Positions 17,154 through 27,141 of a stretch of 64,000 nt of DNA are shown in pieces; the stretch's first letter is position 1; the number at the start of each line of letters is the position of its first letter. The position numbers were made by a program, and so were the translations under genes. The notes below the pieces were generated by a model, which did no database searches, was not told the origin of the DNA, and saw nothing but the letters and a program-made list of their open reading frames with translations. Source of the DNA: Syntrophales bacterium (lineage in GTDB: Bacteria > Desulfobacterota > Syntrophia > Syntrophales > UBA6807); assembly GCA_040767195.1 (NCBI GenBank), contig JAXGPA010000002.1, positions 256,001-320,000 on the forward strand, written 5' to 3'.

Positions 17154-18435
17154 AGTCGTTATAACGGGCATGGGGGTCGCCGCCCCGAACGGCCACGGCC
17201 TCGAGGCCTTTGAAAAGGCCCTCCGGGAGGGCCGGTCGGGCATCCGTTTCGTCCCGCAGCTGAAGGAACTGAACTTCGGCTGCCAGATCGGCGGCATCCC
17301 CGAAAATTTCGAGGAAATCAGGAAAAGCTACTTCGACTTCGAGAAGCTCATGTCCATCAACGACAACATCGGGTTCTGCTCCGTGTCGGCGGTGGACGCC
17401 TGGAAGGACGCCGGGTTCGATCTTCCCGATCCGGACGACGACGAGACGGTGGACTGGGACACCGGGGCCATCCTCGGCTGCGGCATCGGCGGCATGGACA
17501 CCATCGCCGAAAAGGTCGTTCCCACGGTGAAGGACGGGAGAGTGCGGCGCATGGGCAGCCGCATCGTGGAGCAGGTCATGAACAGCGGGACGAGCGCCCG
17601 GGTGGGAGGCCTTCTCGGCCTCGGGAACCAGGTCACGTCCAATTCCGCCGCCTGCAGCACCGGGACGGAGGCCATCGCCGACTCCGCCTGGCGGATCCGC
17701 CACGGCCTGGCGAAACGGATGCTTGCCGGGAGTTCCGAAGGGGCGTCGCCTTTCATCTGGGCGGGGTTCGACGCCATGCGGGTCATCGCCCGGAAGTTCA
17801 ACGACACCCCCGAGACGGGGTCCCGTCCCATGAGCGCCACTGCCAACGGGTTCGTTCCCGGTTCGGGCGGCGCGGTCCTGGTCCTGGAGGACCTGGAAAC
17901 GGCCCTCCAGAGAAACGCCCGGATATACGCCGAGATCGCCGGCATGGCCGTGAACTGCGGCGGCCAGCGCAAGGGCGGTTCCATGACGGCCCCCAATCCC
18001 GAGGGCGTCCGGCGCTGCATCCTGGGGGCTCTCGCCGACGGCGGCATCGCCCCCGGCGAAATCGACGCCATCAACGGTCATCTGACGGCCACCTTCGCCG
18101 ACCCATACGAGGTCAAAAACTGGTCCGACGCCCTGAAAAGGGACCCGGACGATTTTCCCTGGATCAACTCCACCAAATCCATGATCGGCCACTGCCTGGG
18201 GGCGGCGGGGTCCATCGAGTCCGTGGCGGCGGTCCTTCAACTTTACAGGGGTTTCCTCCACCCCTCCATCAACTGCGAGGACATTCACCCTGACATCGAG
18301 GCGTTCACCGAGAGAATACCCAGAAAGGTCCTGGATTTTCCCGACATGAGGATACTCGCCAAGGCCTCTTTCGGATTCGGCGACGTGAACAGCTGCATTA
18401 TTTTCAAAAAATGGGAAAACGGAAAGGAGACATAA
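17143..18435 (+). CDS. Beta-ketoacyl-ACP synthase (FabF/FabB family)
   Basis: RRVVITG, SAACSTG (Cys), INGHLTAT (His), KSMIGHCLGAAG (His), SFGFG. Confidence 0.9.
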   Translation: MKRRVVITGMGVAAPNGHGLEAFEKALREGRSGIRFVPQLKELNFGCQIGGIPENFEEIRKSYFDFEKLMSINDNIGFCSVSAVDAWKDAGFDLPDPDDDETVDWDTGAILGCGIGGMDTIAEKVVPTVKDGRVRRMGSRIVEQVMNSGTSARVGGLLGLGNQVTSNSAACSTGTEAIADSAWRIRHGLAKRMLAGSSEGASPFIWAGFDAMRVIARKFNDTPETGSRPMSATANGFVPGSGGAVLVLEDLETALQRNARIYAEIAGMAVNCGGQRKGGSMTAPNPEGVRRCILGALADGGIAPGEIDAINGHLTATFADPYEVKNWSDALKRDPDDFPWINSTKSMIGHCLGAAGSIESVAAVLQLYRGFLHPSINCEDIHPDIEAFTERIPRKVLDFPDMRILAKASFGFGDVNSCIIFKKWENGKET

Positions 18436-18438
18436 AAA

Positions 18439-18687
18439 ATGGACGAAAACAAGATATTGGAAGAAATAAAGAACATCCTGCGACCCTATGTGAAAGACGG
18501 GGCCCTGCTCGACCAGGCGACGACGGAAACACACATCCTGGACGATCTGAAAGTGAACTCGGCCCGTCTCGTCGATGTCATCATCAAGTGCGAGGACATC
18601 TTCGGCCTCACCATCGAGGACGACGAGGCGGACAGGATCCGGACCATCGGCGACGCCGTGAAGCTGATCCAGGAGAAGCTTTCCTGA
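18439..18687 (+). CDS. Acyl carrier protein (divergent)
   Basis: 82 aa acidic protein; DDLKVNSARLVD with the attachment Ser; EDIFGLTIED and IRTIGDAV. Confidence 0.85.
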   Translation: MDENKILEEIKNILRPYVKDGALLDQATTETHILDDLKVNSARLVDVIIKCEDIFGLTIEDDEADRIRTIGDAVKLIQEKLS

Positions 18688-18691
18688 CGAA

Positions 18692-19435
18692 ATGATGGAA
18701 GGGAAAATCGAAAAGCGGGTCCGGCGCCAGATCCTGGTGGGCCGGCTAGCCGTTTTTTTAACGGCCTTCCTGACTTTTCTGGCCATCCGGCTGTTGCGGT
18801 ACCGCGTCAGGAACCTCAAGGCGTTCCGGGAGCAGATAAAAGGGTTTTGGCGGGAACATGACGGGCCATGGCTCATCTGTCCCAATCACCTGACCATGAT
18901 CGACTCGGTTGTCGTGGCCTGGGCCCTTGCGCCTCTCCGGGAATACCTCGTTCATTTTCACAGGCTCGCCTGGAATCTCCCCGAAAGGGACAACTTCCAG
19001 AAAAACCCGGTCCTCGCCGTCCTGTGTTATTTGACCAAGTGCCTGCCCGTCCACCGGAGGGGAAGCCGGGAAGAGGTCCGGGAAACCCTGGACACATGCG
19101 CCTTCCTCCTCAACCGGGGGGAGAGCATCGTCATTTTTCCCGAGGGGGGGCGGTCCCGGACAGGCCGGGTGGACCGGGAACGGGTTTCCTACGGTGTGGG
19201 CCGCCTTTACACGCAAAATGAAAATTGCCGTATCCTGTGTCTCCATATCCGGGGCGACGGACAAAAAACGTGGAGCGACATCCCGAAGCCTGGGGAGCGT
19301 TTCACCGCCGCGGCGGCGGTTTTACGGCCAGACCCGGGGAACCGGGGACTCCGGGCCCAGCGGGCCTGCGCCGAAGAGATCATGGAAAAGCTCATCCAAA
19401 TGGAGGAGGCCTGGTTCCTTGGCCCTGGGAAATGA
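18692..19435 (+). CDS. Lysophospholipid (1-acyl-sn-glycerol-3-phosphate) acyltransferase family
   Basis: NHLTMID (HX4D), PVHR, IFPEGGRS; N-terminal hydrophobic helix. Confidence 0.85.
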   Translation: MMEGKIEKRVRRQILVGRLAVFLTAFLTFLAIRLLRYRVRNLKAFREQIKGFWREHDGPWLICPNHLTMIDSVVVAWALAPLREYLVHFHRLAWNLPERDNFQKNPVLAVLCYLTKCLPVHRRGSREEVRETLDTCAFLLNRGESIVIFPEGGRSRTGRVDRERVSYGVGRLYTQNENCRILCLHIRGDGQKTWSDIPKPGERFTAAAAVLRPDPGNRGLRAQRACAEEIMEKLIQMEEAWFLGPGK

Positions 19436-20060
19436 TATCGTCGACCTGAAAGACCCCTTCGCCCGGGAAAAGGGCCGGTGCCGGCGCTACGCCGACCGGG
19501 TCCTGGGTTCACGGGAAATCTCATGGTGGGAAAAAGACGGCGATCCCGCCCGTTTCCTGTGGGCCTGCTGGTCCGTCAAGGAGGCAGCCTACAAGGCCTT
19601 CCGGAAAGCCGCCGGCCCGATTCCCTTCCTGCCCCGAAACATCGAAACGACGGACCTTACGGGGGAGGAAAGGGGAAAATTTCGGGGAACCGTGTGGACC
19701 CCCTGGGGGAACGCGTGCTTCCGCTTATTCTTGGAGGAAGATTACGTGCATGCCCTTTGCGCGCCGTCAGGAGACGCCGTTCTGGACAGGGCGCGATGGC
19801 ATGTCGAAGAAATGCCTCCCCCCGGGGGAAAGGCGATGTCCCGGGAGATCGCCGACCCCTCCCGGGAAGTCCGCAAGGCGACGGTCCGCGTTCTCGCCTC
19901 CCTTCTCGGCATTCACGAAAAGAGCCTCCGGATCCTTCGGAACCGCGAAAACACGGGGTCCCCCGTCCCGAGGCTTTTCATCGGCGAAAGGGAGTCGCCG
20001 GCGGACCTGACCCTCAGCCACGACGGCCGTTACGGGGCCTTCGCTTTTGCCATGGATTGA
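19419..20060 (+). CDS. 4'-phosphopantetheinyl transferase
   Basis: GNDIVD, WSVKEAAYKA, LSHDG; TTG start at 19419 behind GGAGGAGG. Confidence 0.82.
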   Translation: MALGNDIVDLKDPFAREKGRCRRYADRVLGSREISWWEKDGDPARFLWACWSVKEAAYKAFRKAAGPIPFLPRNIETTDLTGEERGKFRGTVWTPWGNACFRLFLEEDYVHALCAPSGDAVLDRARWHVEEMPPPGGKAMSREIADPSREVRKATVRVLASLLGIHEKSLRILRNRENTGSPVPRLFIGERESPADLTLSHDGRYGAFAFAMD

Positions 20061-20124
20061 AACCCTTTTATGAGACACCCCGGGAAATGATCGAAAACCC
20101 GCCTGAACCCGGCTTGTCCGGCCG

Positions 20125-20922
20125 TCACTTTTTTCCGACGGCCTTGAAGAAGGTGTAGCAGAACACACCGTCCCGCTCCGCCGTCCGGTACAGGTCGGCA
20201 ATCCCCTGATTGAAAACCTCCTGGCCGATGATTCCCGCCGCCAGGGCGGCTTCGCGAACCCCCTCGATCATGGCGGTGAAGGTCTTTTTCGTGAAGCCGT
20301 CGACCAGGCCGGGTCGGCTGGAATCGACATAGACCATTCGCGGGGACACGTGAACGCCCTCGAAGCCCGCCCGGCAAAGAAGGGGATAAAGCTCTCTCCC
20401 AATCATGGCATTCCCGCCGGCCTGACGCTGCAGCTCGACCTGGCATCGAATCGCCCGGCGGGCCGCCTCGCTGTCCGGGTGAAAATACGCCGACCCGTGA
20501 TCCCCCTCGATGACCGTGATGGTGCCGCCTTTCTTCACATGGCGCTTCAGGGCCACCAGGGCCTCAAGGGGCCGGGCAAGATGCTCCAGGACGAAACAGA
20601 CGAAAACGTGGTCGAAAAAACCGGGCTCGAAAGGCAAATGGAAAATGTCCGCCCGCTGAAACCGGACGTTTCCCAAACCTTCCTCTGCGACCTTTCGTTC
20701 CGCTTCGGCCAGGGAGATTTCTGAAATGTCAACGGATGTTATGAGCGCTCCCGGGCTGTTTCTCGCCAGGGTGACCGTCTGCGCCCCGACACCGCAGCCT
20801 GCCTCGAGGACATGGCTTCCCCCCGGGTAAAAGGTATCCGCGTGGAGCAGTTCCGTCAGCGTGGAGGCCTGGTCCTGGAGCCGGATGTTTTCACGATCAC
20901 CGTAGCCGTGAACGTATTTCAC
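20125..20922 (-). CDS. Class I SAM-dependent methyltransferase
   Basis: VLEAGCGVG motif I, VDIS, FDHVF..FVLEHL, GG.I; GTG start after AGAGGAG. Confidence 0.85.
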   Translation of the reverse strand: MKYVHGYGDRENIRLQDQASTLTELLHADTFYPGGSHVLEAGCGVGAQTVTLARNSPGALITSVDISEISLAEAERKVAEEGLGNVRFQRADIFHLPFEPGFFDHVFVCFVLEHLARPLEALVALKRHVKKGGTITVIEGDHGSAYFHPDSEAARRAIRCQVELQRQAGGNAMIGRELYPLLCRAGFEGVHVSPRMVYVDSSRPGLVDGFTKKTFTAMIEGVREAALAAGIIGQEVFNQGIADLYRTAERDGVFCYTFFKAVGKK

Positions 20923-21165
20923 GCATCGATCTCCTCTGTCATTCCTGTCGTCTCTCCTTTTCTTTGCCCTGGCCGTCCCCCCGGGATCAGGATGGCAATG
21001 AAACGATATCTTTCTTTCCGGGCACAGGATGAAAGGAAGAGGTCAGGTAGTGCTTAAACCTCGCTTTTCCGCCTTGAAAACAGCCTTCTAAGGCTGAAAT
21101 TAAAGCAAAAATAGGCATATTATTATACGATTCAGAATACTTGCCTTGGTCCGACCCCCTGACAT

Positions 21166-21855
21166 TCATTTTCTGGCAATGCCGATCATGATGTAACGCC
21201 ATGCCTCGGGTACAAGCCTGTCCGCGACGAGCCTGTCCATACTCCCCAGAACGGTCCTCTGGAACGGCGTCCTTCCGAAACCGCCGAGAAAGCCCGCCGT
21301 GGTGAAATCGACCTCGGAAAAGACGGAGAGATACGCCAGCATTTCCCGGACGGTCACGTATCGCCAGGTTTTGCCCCACGGGACGAACCGGCTTCTGAAA
21401 AACCGATGAAAGGGGGAAGCCGCCAGATTTTCCGCAAACCACAACTCGCCCCCTCTTTTGAGGGCCTTGTGGATTTCATGGACGGCCTTCACCTGATTCT
21501 CCCGGTTATTCCCCCGGCCGACACCCCCCAGAACCGACTTGAACAGAATCACGTCGAATTCCTGACGGAAGGGAATGTCGAGGGCGTTGAGCGCCCCGTA
21601 TCGGATCCGGTCCGCGACCCCGTAGCGCCCGTGTTTCTCCCGGGCCTCCCGGGACGGGCCTTCAAGATCGGTGCACAGGACCTCCATGCCCGTGGAGGCG
21701 GCCCACAGGGAAAGCCCGCCGTGCCCGCACCCGATCTCCAGCGCCCGGAGGGGCACGGTATTCAAATGGGTGTGTTCGCGCCAGTATTTCAAGGAAACCG
21801 CCCAATTCGGTACATCCCATTCAATGACGTCTTCAAGGGGGGGAATCGGTCTCAT
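21166..21855 (-). CDS. Class I SAM-dependent methyltransferase
   Basis: ALEIGCGHGG, TDL, FDVI, LKRGG.L.F.E. Confidence 0.8.
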   Translation of the reverse strand: MRPIPPLEDVIEWDVPNWAVSLKYWREHTHLNTVPLRALEIGCGHGGLSLWAASTGMEVLCTDLEGPSREAREKHGRYGVADRIRYGALNALDIPFRQEFDVILFKSVLGGVGRGNNRENQVKAVHEIHKALKRGGELWFAENLAASPFHRFFRSRFVPWGKTWRYVTVREMLAYLSVFSEVDFTTAGFLGGFGRTPFQRTVLGSMDRLVADRLVPEAWRYIMIGIARK

Positions 21856-21973
21856 TTTCTGTTACCTTTTCTGCACATCCCGTCTCCGGACCCGTCCCCC
21901 GGTCCCGGTATGCCGTTTCCGAACGAACCGGGATTCCGAATCATCCGGTCCGTCCCACCGTATTCGGATGCCC

Positions 21974-23491
21974 CTACATGATGAAGAGATTCTTGGTCGG
22001 GAAATTGGGGTCGCTCGTGAGATTGACGCCCAGGCGGCGAAGCCCCGCTTCGTCCCCCGGCGTGGGGATGTGGGTCATGTGAACCTCGCAGCCATGAAGG
22101 TCCTTCAGTTTCTCCATGGCCAGCTGGGCCGCCGAGTTCGTCGTGGCGCTGACGCTGAGCGCGATGAGGGTCTCCTCCAGGTCCATGCTCACCGTCTTCT
22201 CGTGGAGCATCTCCGTCTTGAGATGGCGGATGGAATCGGTGATGTAGGCCGGAAGAAGCTTGATTTTCGGCGGGATGTCCGCCAGGTGCTTGATGGCGTG
22301 GAGCACCAGGCTGGAGGCGGCGTGCATGAGGGGTGAATTGTTTCCCGTGATGATGGTTCCGTCCCGCAGTTCGATGGCGGCGCCGCAGTAAATTCCCTCG
22401 TTTCCCTTTTCCCGTTCCCGGGCTTCCAGGGCGGCCTGCCGGGCCGGTTCGACCACGTTCCGATATTCCTGCTCCAGGTTGAAATCCTTGATGAAGAGCT
22501 CCACCCGCTGGACCGTGTCCCGCCCGGTGAACCCCATGGCGTATTCGCACCGGTAACGGAAGTACCGGCGGATGATTTCCTGCTTGGCCGCCTCCCGGGT
22601 CACCCCGTCGTCGGTGATGGCGAAGCCGCACCGGTTCACGCCCATGTCCGTGGGCGACCGGTAAAAGGACGGGCCCCCCGTTATTTTTTCGATGATTCTT
22701 TTCAGGAGAGGGAAGGCCTCCACGTCCCGGTTGTAGTTCACCGCCTTCTGGTCGTAGGCCTCCAGGTGAAAGGGGTCGATGAGATTGAAATCCTTGATGT
22801 CCGCCGTCGCCGCCTCGTAGGCCACGTTGACGGGATGCTTCAGGGGGAGGTTCCAGATGGGAAAGGTCTCGAACTTGGCATACCCCGACCGCGTCCCCCT
22901 TCGATAGTCATGGTAGAACTGGGAAAGGCAGGTGGCGAGCTTGCCGCTTCCCGGGCCGGGCCCCGTGACGATGACCAGGGGCTTGTCCGTCTCGATGTAG
23001 GTATTGGCCCCGTAACCCTCGTCGCTCACGATGAGATCCACGTCCGTGGGGTATCCCTTGGTGTACCGATGGGTGTAGACGGGGATGTTTCTTCTCTCGA
23101 GCTTGTTCTTGAACACCATGGCGGCGGGCTGATTTTCGAAACGGGTGATGACGACGCCGAGGACGTGGATGTCCCAGTCCCGAAGGTCGTCGATGAGCTT
23201 CAGGGCGTCCGCATCATAGGTGATCCCGAAATCCGCCCGGATCTTTTTCCGCTCGATGTCGCCTGCGTAAATGCAAAGAAGGATGTCCGCCTTGTCCTTG
23301 AGGCCCTGGAGAAGCCTCATTTTCACGTTGGGGTCGTAACCGGGCAGGACCCGGGCGGCGTGGTAGTCGTAGAGAAGCTTGCCGCCGAACTCGAGGTACA
23401 GCTTGTTGTCGAACCGTTCGACCCGCTTCAGGATTTCCCGGGTCTGTTCCGCGATGTATTTTTCGTTGTCAAAACCGACTTTTTTCGCCAT
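21974..23491 (-). CDS. DUF1846 (UPF0371) family protein
   Basis: GFDNEKY, KLYLEFGGKL..DYHA.RVLPG, GPGPGSGKLATCLSQ, YAKFETFPIWN, SPTDMGVN; start at ATG 23491. Confidence 0.85.
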   Translation of the reverse strand: MAKKVGFDNEKYIAEQTREILKRVERFDNKLYLEFGGKLLYDYHAARVLPGYDPNVKMRLLQGLKDKADILLCIYAGDIERKKIRADFGITYDADALKLIDDLRDWDIHVLGVVITRFENQPAAMVFKNKLERRNIPVYTHRYTKGYPTDVDLIVSDEGYGANTYIETDKPLVIVTGPGPGSGKLATCLSQFYHDYRRGTRSGYAKFETFPIWNLPLKHPVNVAYEAATADIKDFNLIDPFHLEAYDQKAVNYNRDVEAFPLLKRIIEKITGGPSFYRSPTDMGVNRCGFAITDDGVTREAAKQEIIRRYFRYRCEYAMGFTGRDTVQRVELFIKDFNLEQEYRNVVEPARQAALEAREREKGNEGIYCGAAIELRDGTIITGNNSPLMHAASSLVLHAIKHLADIPPKIKLLPAYITDSIRHLKTEMLHEKTVSMDLEETLIALSVSATTNSAAQLAMEKLKDLHGCEVHMTHIPTPGDEAGLRRLGVNLTSDPNFPTKNLFIM

Positions 23492-23608
23492 CCCTTCCCC
23501 TTTTTTCACGCCGTACTGTCACACCGGCAGGAGAATAGACGGAAAGCCGGCAAAGATCAAGGACCGGGAGAATAATTTTTGTCCCGCCGGCGAAATGCCA
23601 CGCCGGTC

Positions 23609-24523
23609 TCAGGATCGCTCGATGACCCGGATGATCCGAAAGAGTGTTTCGTTCACCGGTGTCGGAATGCCGTACGTTTTTCCCAGCTCGATCATTTTTC
23701 CCCCGAACATTTCCACTTCCGTCTTCCTCTTCGCCTCGATGTCCTGGAGCATGGAGGTTTTCCCCGCCGGTGAGAGCCGGGCCATGAAACCATACCAGTT
23801 TTCGATATCCTCCCCAGTGATGTTGACGGAGGCGGCGGCGGCGACGGCCGTCACCTCCCTCATGGCCGAGTCCATGAGTTCCCGGGCCTCCGGCGACGTC
23901 TGGAAGACCCCGTAAGGCGCCCGGAGCACCGCCGACACCTGGTTGATGCCCACGTTGATCATGTATTTCCACCAGAGGATGCGGAGCATGTCTTCCGGCG
24001 TTTCGTAAACGATGCCCGCCCGGTCGAAGAGGGCCTGGAGGCGCCTCACCCGCTCGGAAAGCACCCGGTTCTCCTTTTCACCGAAAAAGAGCTTTCCCTG
24101 GGTGGTATACGTCATGGCGTTCCCTTCCCGGAGGGCGTCGATCCCCACGGCCACCGCGTAGAGGACCTTCCCGGCGCCGAAGGCCGCGCCGAGGCGCTCC
24201 TCGCTGTCAATGCCGTTCATGACGGACAGGAACAGGGTACCGTCCCCGACAAAGGGCCTCATCTCCCCGATGGCCGCCTCCAGGTGGTGGTGCTTTACCG
24301 CGACGATGACGAGATCGGCGGGCCCCGCCTCTTTTTCCGGCGACAGCACGGGCAGCCGATAGGCTTTACCGTTCACCGTGAACCCCCGGTTTTTCAGCCG
24401 GTCATATCTTTCCCCGGCGGCGATGAGAAAGACGCTCCCCGGTTCGCTGTCCGCCAGCTTGCTCGCATAAAAGGACCCCATGGCGCCGGCGCCGACGACG
24501 GCGATCCGCTTGAACGATGTCAT
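23609..24523 (-). CDS. Ketopantoate reductase family (PanE/ApbA)
   Basis: GAGAMG, VAVK, NG, W.K...N, SMLQD....RKTE. Confidence 0.85.
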   Translation of the reverse strand: MTSFKRIAVVGAGAMGSFYASKLADSEPGSVFLIAAGERYDRLKNRGFTVNGKAYRLPVLSPEKEAGPADLVIVAVKHHHLEAAIGEMRPFVGDGTLFLSVMNGIDSEERLGAAFGAGKVLYAVAVGIDALREGNAMTYTTQGKLFFGEKENRVLSERVRRLQALFDRAGIVYETPEDMLRILWWKYMINVGINQVSAVLRAPYGVFQTSPEARELMDSAMREVTAVAAAASVNITGEDIENWYGFMARLSPAGKTSMLQDIEAKRKTEVEMFGGKMIELGKTYGIPTPVNETLFRIIRVIERS

Positions 24524-24593
24524 GTGATGAACCTCCCTTCAGTCCGCCCCGGGGGAAAAGCCCCCCTCCCCCGTCTCGGGCGTCCCGTTGAAA

Positions 24594-25541
24594 TCAGTTT
24601 TTTACATGCAGGGGAACGTCACCCCTTTCGACACGACGGATGTTCTCCGCCACGGCCTCGACGATCCCCCGGACGGAAATGTCCGTGGACCCGGCAATGT
24701 GGGGCGTCGCCAGGACATTGTACCGAAACAGGGGATCATCGGGGTCGGGGGGTTCCTCCCAGTAAACGTCGAGGCCCGCGCCTGCGATTCTCCCCGAGGC
24801 CAGGGCGTCGATGAGGGCCTCCCGCTCGATGAGGCCGCCCCGGGACAGGTTGATGATGAAGGACTCCCGTTTCATCCGTGAAAAGGCCGCCCCATCGATC
24901 ATTCCCCGGCTCTCCTCCGTCATCGGAAGGGCGAGGACGACGTAATCGGACCGGGCCAGGAGACGGGGCAGATCCCCGGGGCCTCCGGCCCACACAAGTC
25001 CCAACTCCTCCATGGCTTTTTCAGGATCGTTCAGCTTGATTCCCATGAGCCGGACGCCGAAGGGCCGGAGCCTGTAAACCAGGGCCCGGCCGATACCGCC
25101 GAGACCGACGATTCCCACGGTTTTTCCCTTCAGGGCACGGCCCTTAGGTTCCCCGACCTTGCGGTCGCGGTGGCTTCGCGCCATGCCCCGGAAATCCCGG
25201 GAAAGACCGATGAGCATGTAGATCCCCAGTTCGGCCACCGAGTCGGCATTCCCGGAAATGTCCGTAGGCACGTTTGCCACCGGGATGTTTTGCTCCCGGG
25301 CCGCCGCCAGGTCCACCCCCTCCAGGCCGGCGCCGCACTGCTGGATCAGCCGCAGGCGATCGGCGCCGCGCAGGACGTCCCTCGTCACCAGGCTCATCGT
25401 GGGAACCAGCACATCGAAACCCTCAAGGGTGCCGATCTCGAACCGGCCGCTGGCCTCGAAGGAATGTTCGGGAAGGGTGCTGCGAATCTTGTGAAAAAAA
25501 CCAGCCCAGGCGTTTTCAGGTGCTGCGAAGAGAATCTTCAT
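24594..25541 (-). CDS. D-2-hydroxyacid dehydrogenase family
   Basis: SVAE, GLGGIG, INLSRG, GAGLDV...EP, TPHIAG; start at ATG 25541. Confidence 0.88.
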   Translation of the reverse strand: MKILFAAPENAWAGFFHKIRSTLPEHSFEASGRFEIGTLEGFDVLVPTMSLVTRDVLRGADRLRLIQQCGAGLEGVDLAAAREQNIPVANVPTDISGNADSVAELGIYMLIGLSRDFRGMARSHRDRKVGEPKGRALKGKTVGIVGLGGIGRALVYRLRPFGVRLMGIKLNDPEKAMEELGLVWAGGPGDLPRLLARSDYVVLALPMTEESRGMIDGAAFSRMKRESFIINLSRGGLIEREALIDALASGRIAGAGLDVYWEEPPDPDDPLFRYNVLATPHIAGSTDISVRGIVEAVAENIRRVERGDVPLHVKN

Positions 25542-25702
25542 GACATTCGCCCTCTCTTTTTCGTTTAAACCGATCAAAATCCTGCTTATTTTATATGGCC
25601 ACCGGCCGTGACGCCACTGTTTTTTCCATTCGTTCTTGACGGAACCCTGCATCGGTTTTATCAATAAGACTGAATTTCACAGAAAAAACGGAGGGAAAAT
25701 CC

Positions 25703-26275
25703 ATGAAAAAGTCTCTGGGTCCCGGCACGATTCTCTATCCCGCCCCGGTCCTCGTAGTGGGAACCTACGACGGGCAGGGGAAACCGAACGTCATGACCGC
25801 CGCCTGGGGCGGGATCTGCTGTTCCGATCCGCCCTGCGTCGCCGTCTCTCTCCGGAAGGCGACCCACACCTACGGCGCCATCGTCGAGCGAAAATGCTTC
25901 ACCGTCAGCATCCCGTCGGAACGGCACGTCGTGGAAGCAGACTGCTTCGGCATCACCACAGGAAGAAAAACGGACAAGTTCGCCCTCACGGGGCTGACAC
26001 CGGTCCGAAGCGGCCTCGTGGACGCCCCCTACGTCGAGGAATTTCCCTTTGTCCTGGAGTGCCGGCTTCTGCAGTCCCTGGAGATCGGCCTCCACACCCA
26101 GTTCATCGGGGAAATCCTCGACCTGAAAGCGGAGGAATCGGTTCTCCCGGAAAAAGGATGGCCGGACATCGAAAAAATCCGGCCCATCGTTTTTGCGCCC
26201 GGAATCGGCTTTTATTTCGGGCTGGGGAAAAAACTGGGAAAAGCCTTCTCCATCGGCCGGCGATTCGGGAAATAG
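25703..26275 (+). CDS. Flavin reductase-like / flavoredoxin family protein
   Basis: [38 protein letters not shown]. Confidence 0.85.
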   Translation: MKKSLGPGTILYPAPVLVVGTYDGQGKPNVMTAAWGGICCSDPPCVAVSLRKATHTYGAIVERKCFTVSIPSERHVVEADCFGITTGRKTDKFALTGLTPVRSGLVDAPYVEEFPFVLECRLLQSLEIGLHTQFIGEILDLKAEESVLPEKGWPDIEKIRPIVFAPGIGFYFGLGKKLGKAFSIGRRFGK

Positions 26276-26288
26276 CCCGAAGGGTTTT

Positions 26289-26903
26289 CTATCCCGTCAG
26301 CCATCGCCAGGCCTCGTGAAAAAGGAAAACGGAAAAGCCGGCCAGAACGGCCGCCAGGACGACCATGAGGCCCCGGTAGGCCCTCCCCGTGAAGAACGTC
26401 CGGAACCGCCCCACCGTCAACGCGACGGCCACCTTGGAGCCGACGAGACAGAAGTAGAAAAACCCGATGAAAAGCCAGGGCTCGAGGGAACCGGCCTGCC
26501 CGGCGCGAAAGACGAGGGGGCCGCCGACGGTGATCCAGAAGAGCCAGGGGTGGGGATTCAGAAAGTTTATGAGAGCCCCCTTGCGAAGGGACCGTGCCTC
26601 TCCGGCTCCTTCTTCGGCAGGAACCGGGCCGGATCGCCAGGTTTCCCAGGCCAGCCGGAGAACGTAACAGCCGCCGCCGACAGAGAGGATTCCCAGGAAA
26701 ACGCCCGAGGGCCCGATCTCTCTCAATGCCAGGAGAACGGCCAGGACAATGGGAACATCCGTCAGGAGAGGGGCCGCCGAGACGAGCACCCCCTCCCGGG
26801 GCCCGTGGCGAAGCGTCTGCAGGATGACCAGTGTCAGAAGCGGCCCCGGGGAAAGCCCGGCGGTCAGTCCCAGGATCGCACCGGCCAGAGCAAAAGACAG
26901 CAC
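26289..26903 (-). CDS. LysE family translocator
   Basis: LSPGP, NFLNPH.W.FW, six hydrophobic segments; GTG start after AAGGAGG. Confidence 0.85.
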   Translation of the reverse strand: MLSFALAGAILGLTAGLSPGPLLTLVILQTLRHGPREGVLVSAAPLLTDVPIVLAVLLALREIGPSGVFLGILSVGGGCYVLRLAWETWRSGPVPAEEGAGEARSLRKGALINFLNPHPWLFWITVGGPLVFRAGQAGSLEPWLFIGFFYFCLVGSKVAVALTVGRFRTFFTGRAYRGLMVVLAAVLAGFSVFLFHEAWRWLTG

Positions 26904-27141
26904 AGGATCATTCCTCCTTCAGGACCGCGGCGGGTCCGGCTCCTGCAGGCCGGCCTCCGGGCTTTTTCATCCATTGATTCAGCCCCCGGGGCAGACGGTG
27001 GAAGAGATGCCGCCATCCACGAATCCAGGGCATTTTCGTGAATCATCCCTTGGAGATGGGGATTCATCCTCGCCGCGGTCCGCACGGAACTACAGGGTCA
27101 CCGTGACATGAAAACGGAAAGGGATCAACAAGAAACATCCC

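Noticed and set aside
12042..20060. Interpretation as an aryl polyene, ladderane or PUFA (pfa) cluster
   Set aside because: No chain-length-factor pair, aryl-CoA ligase, glycosyl/export genes, radical SAM enzymes or multidomain Pfa synthase within the cluster.
26910..27140. Possible riboswitch or ncRNA in the lysE/membrane-protein divergent spacer
   Set aside because: Some short stems, but no recognisable family motif.
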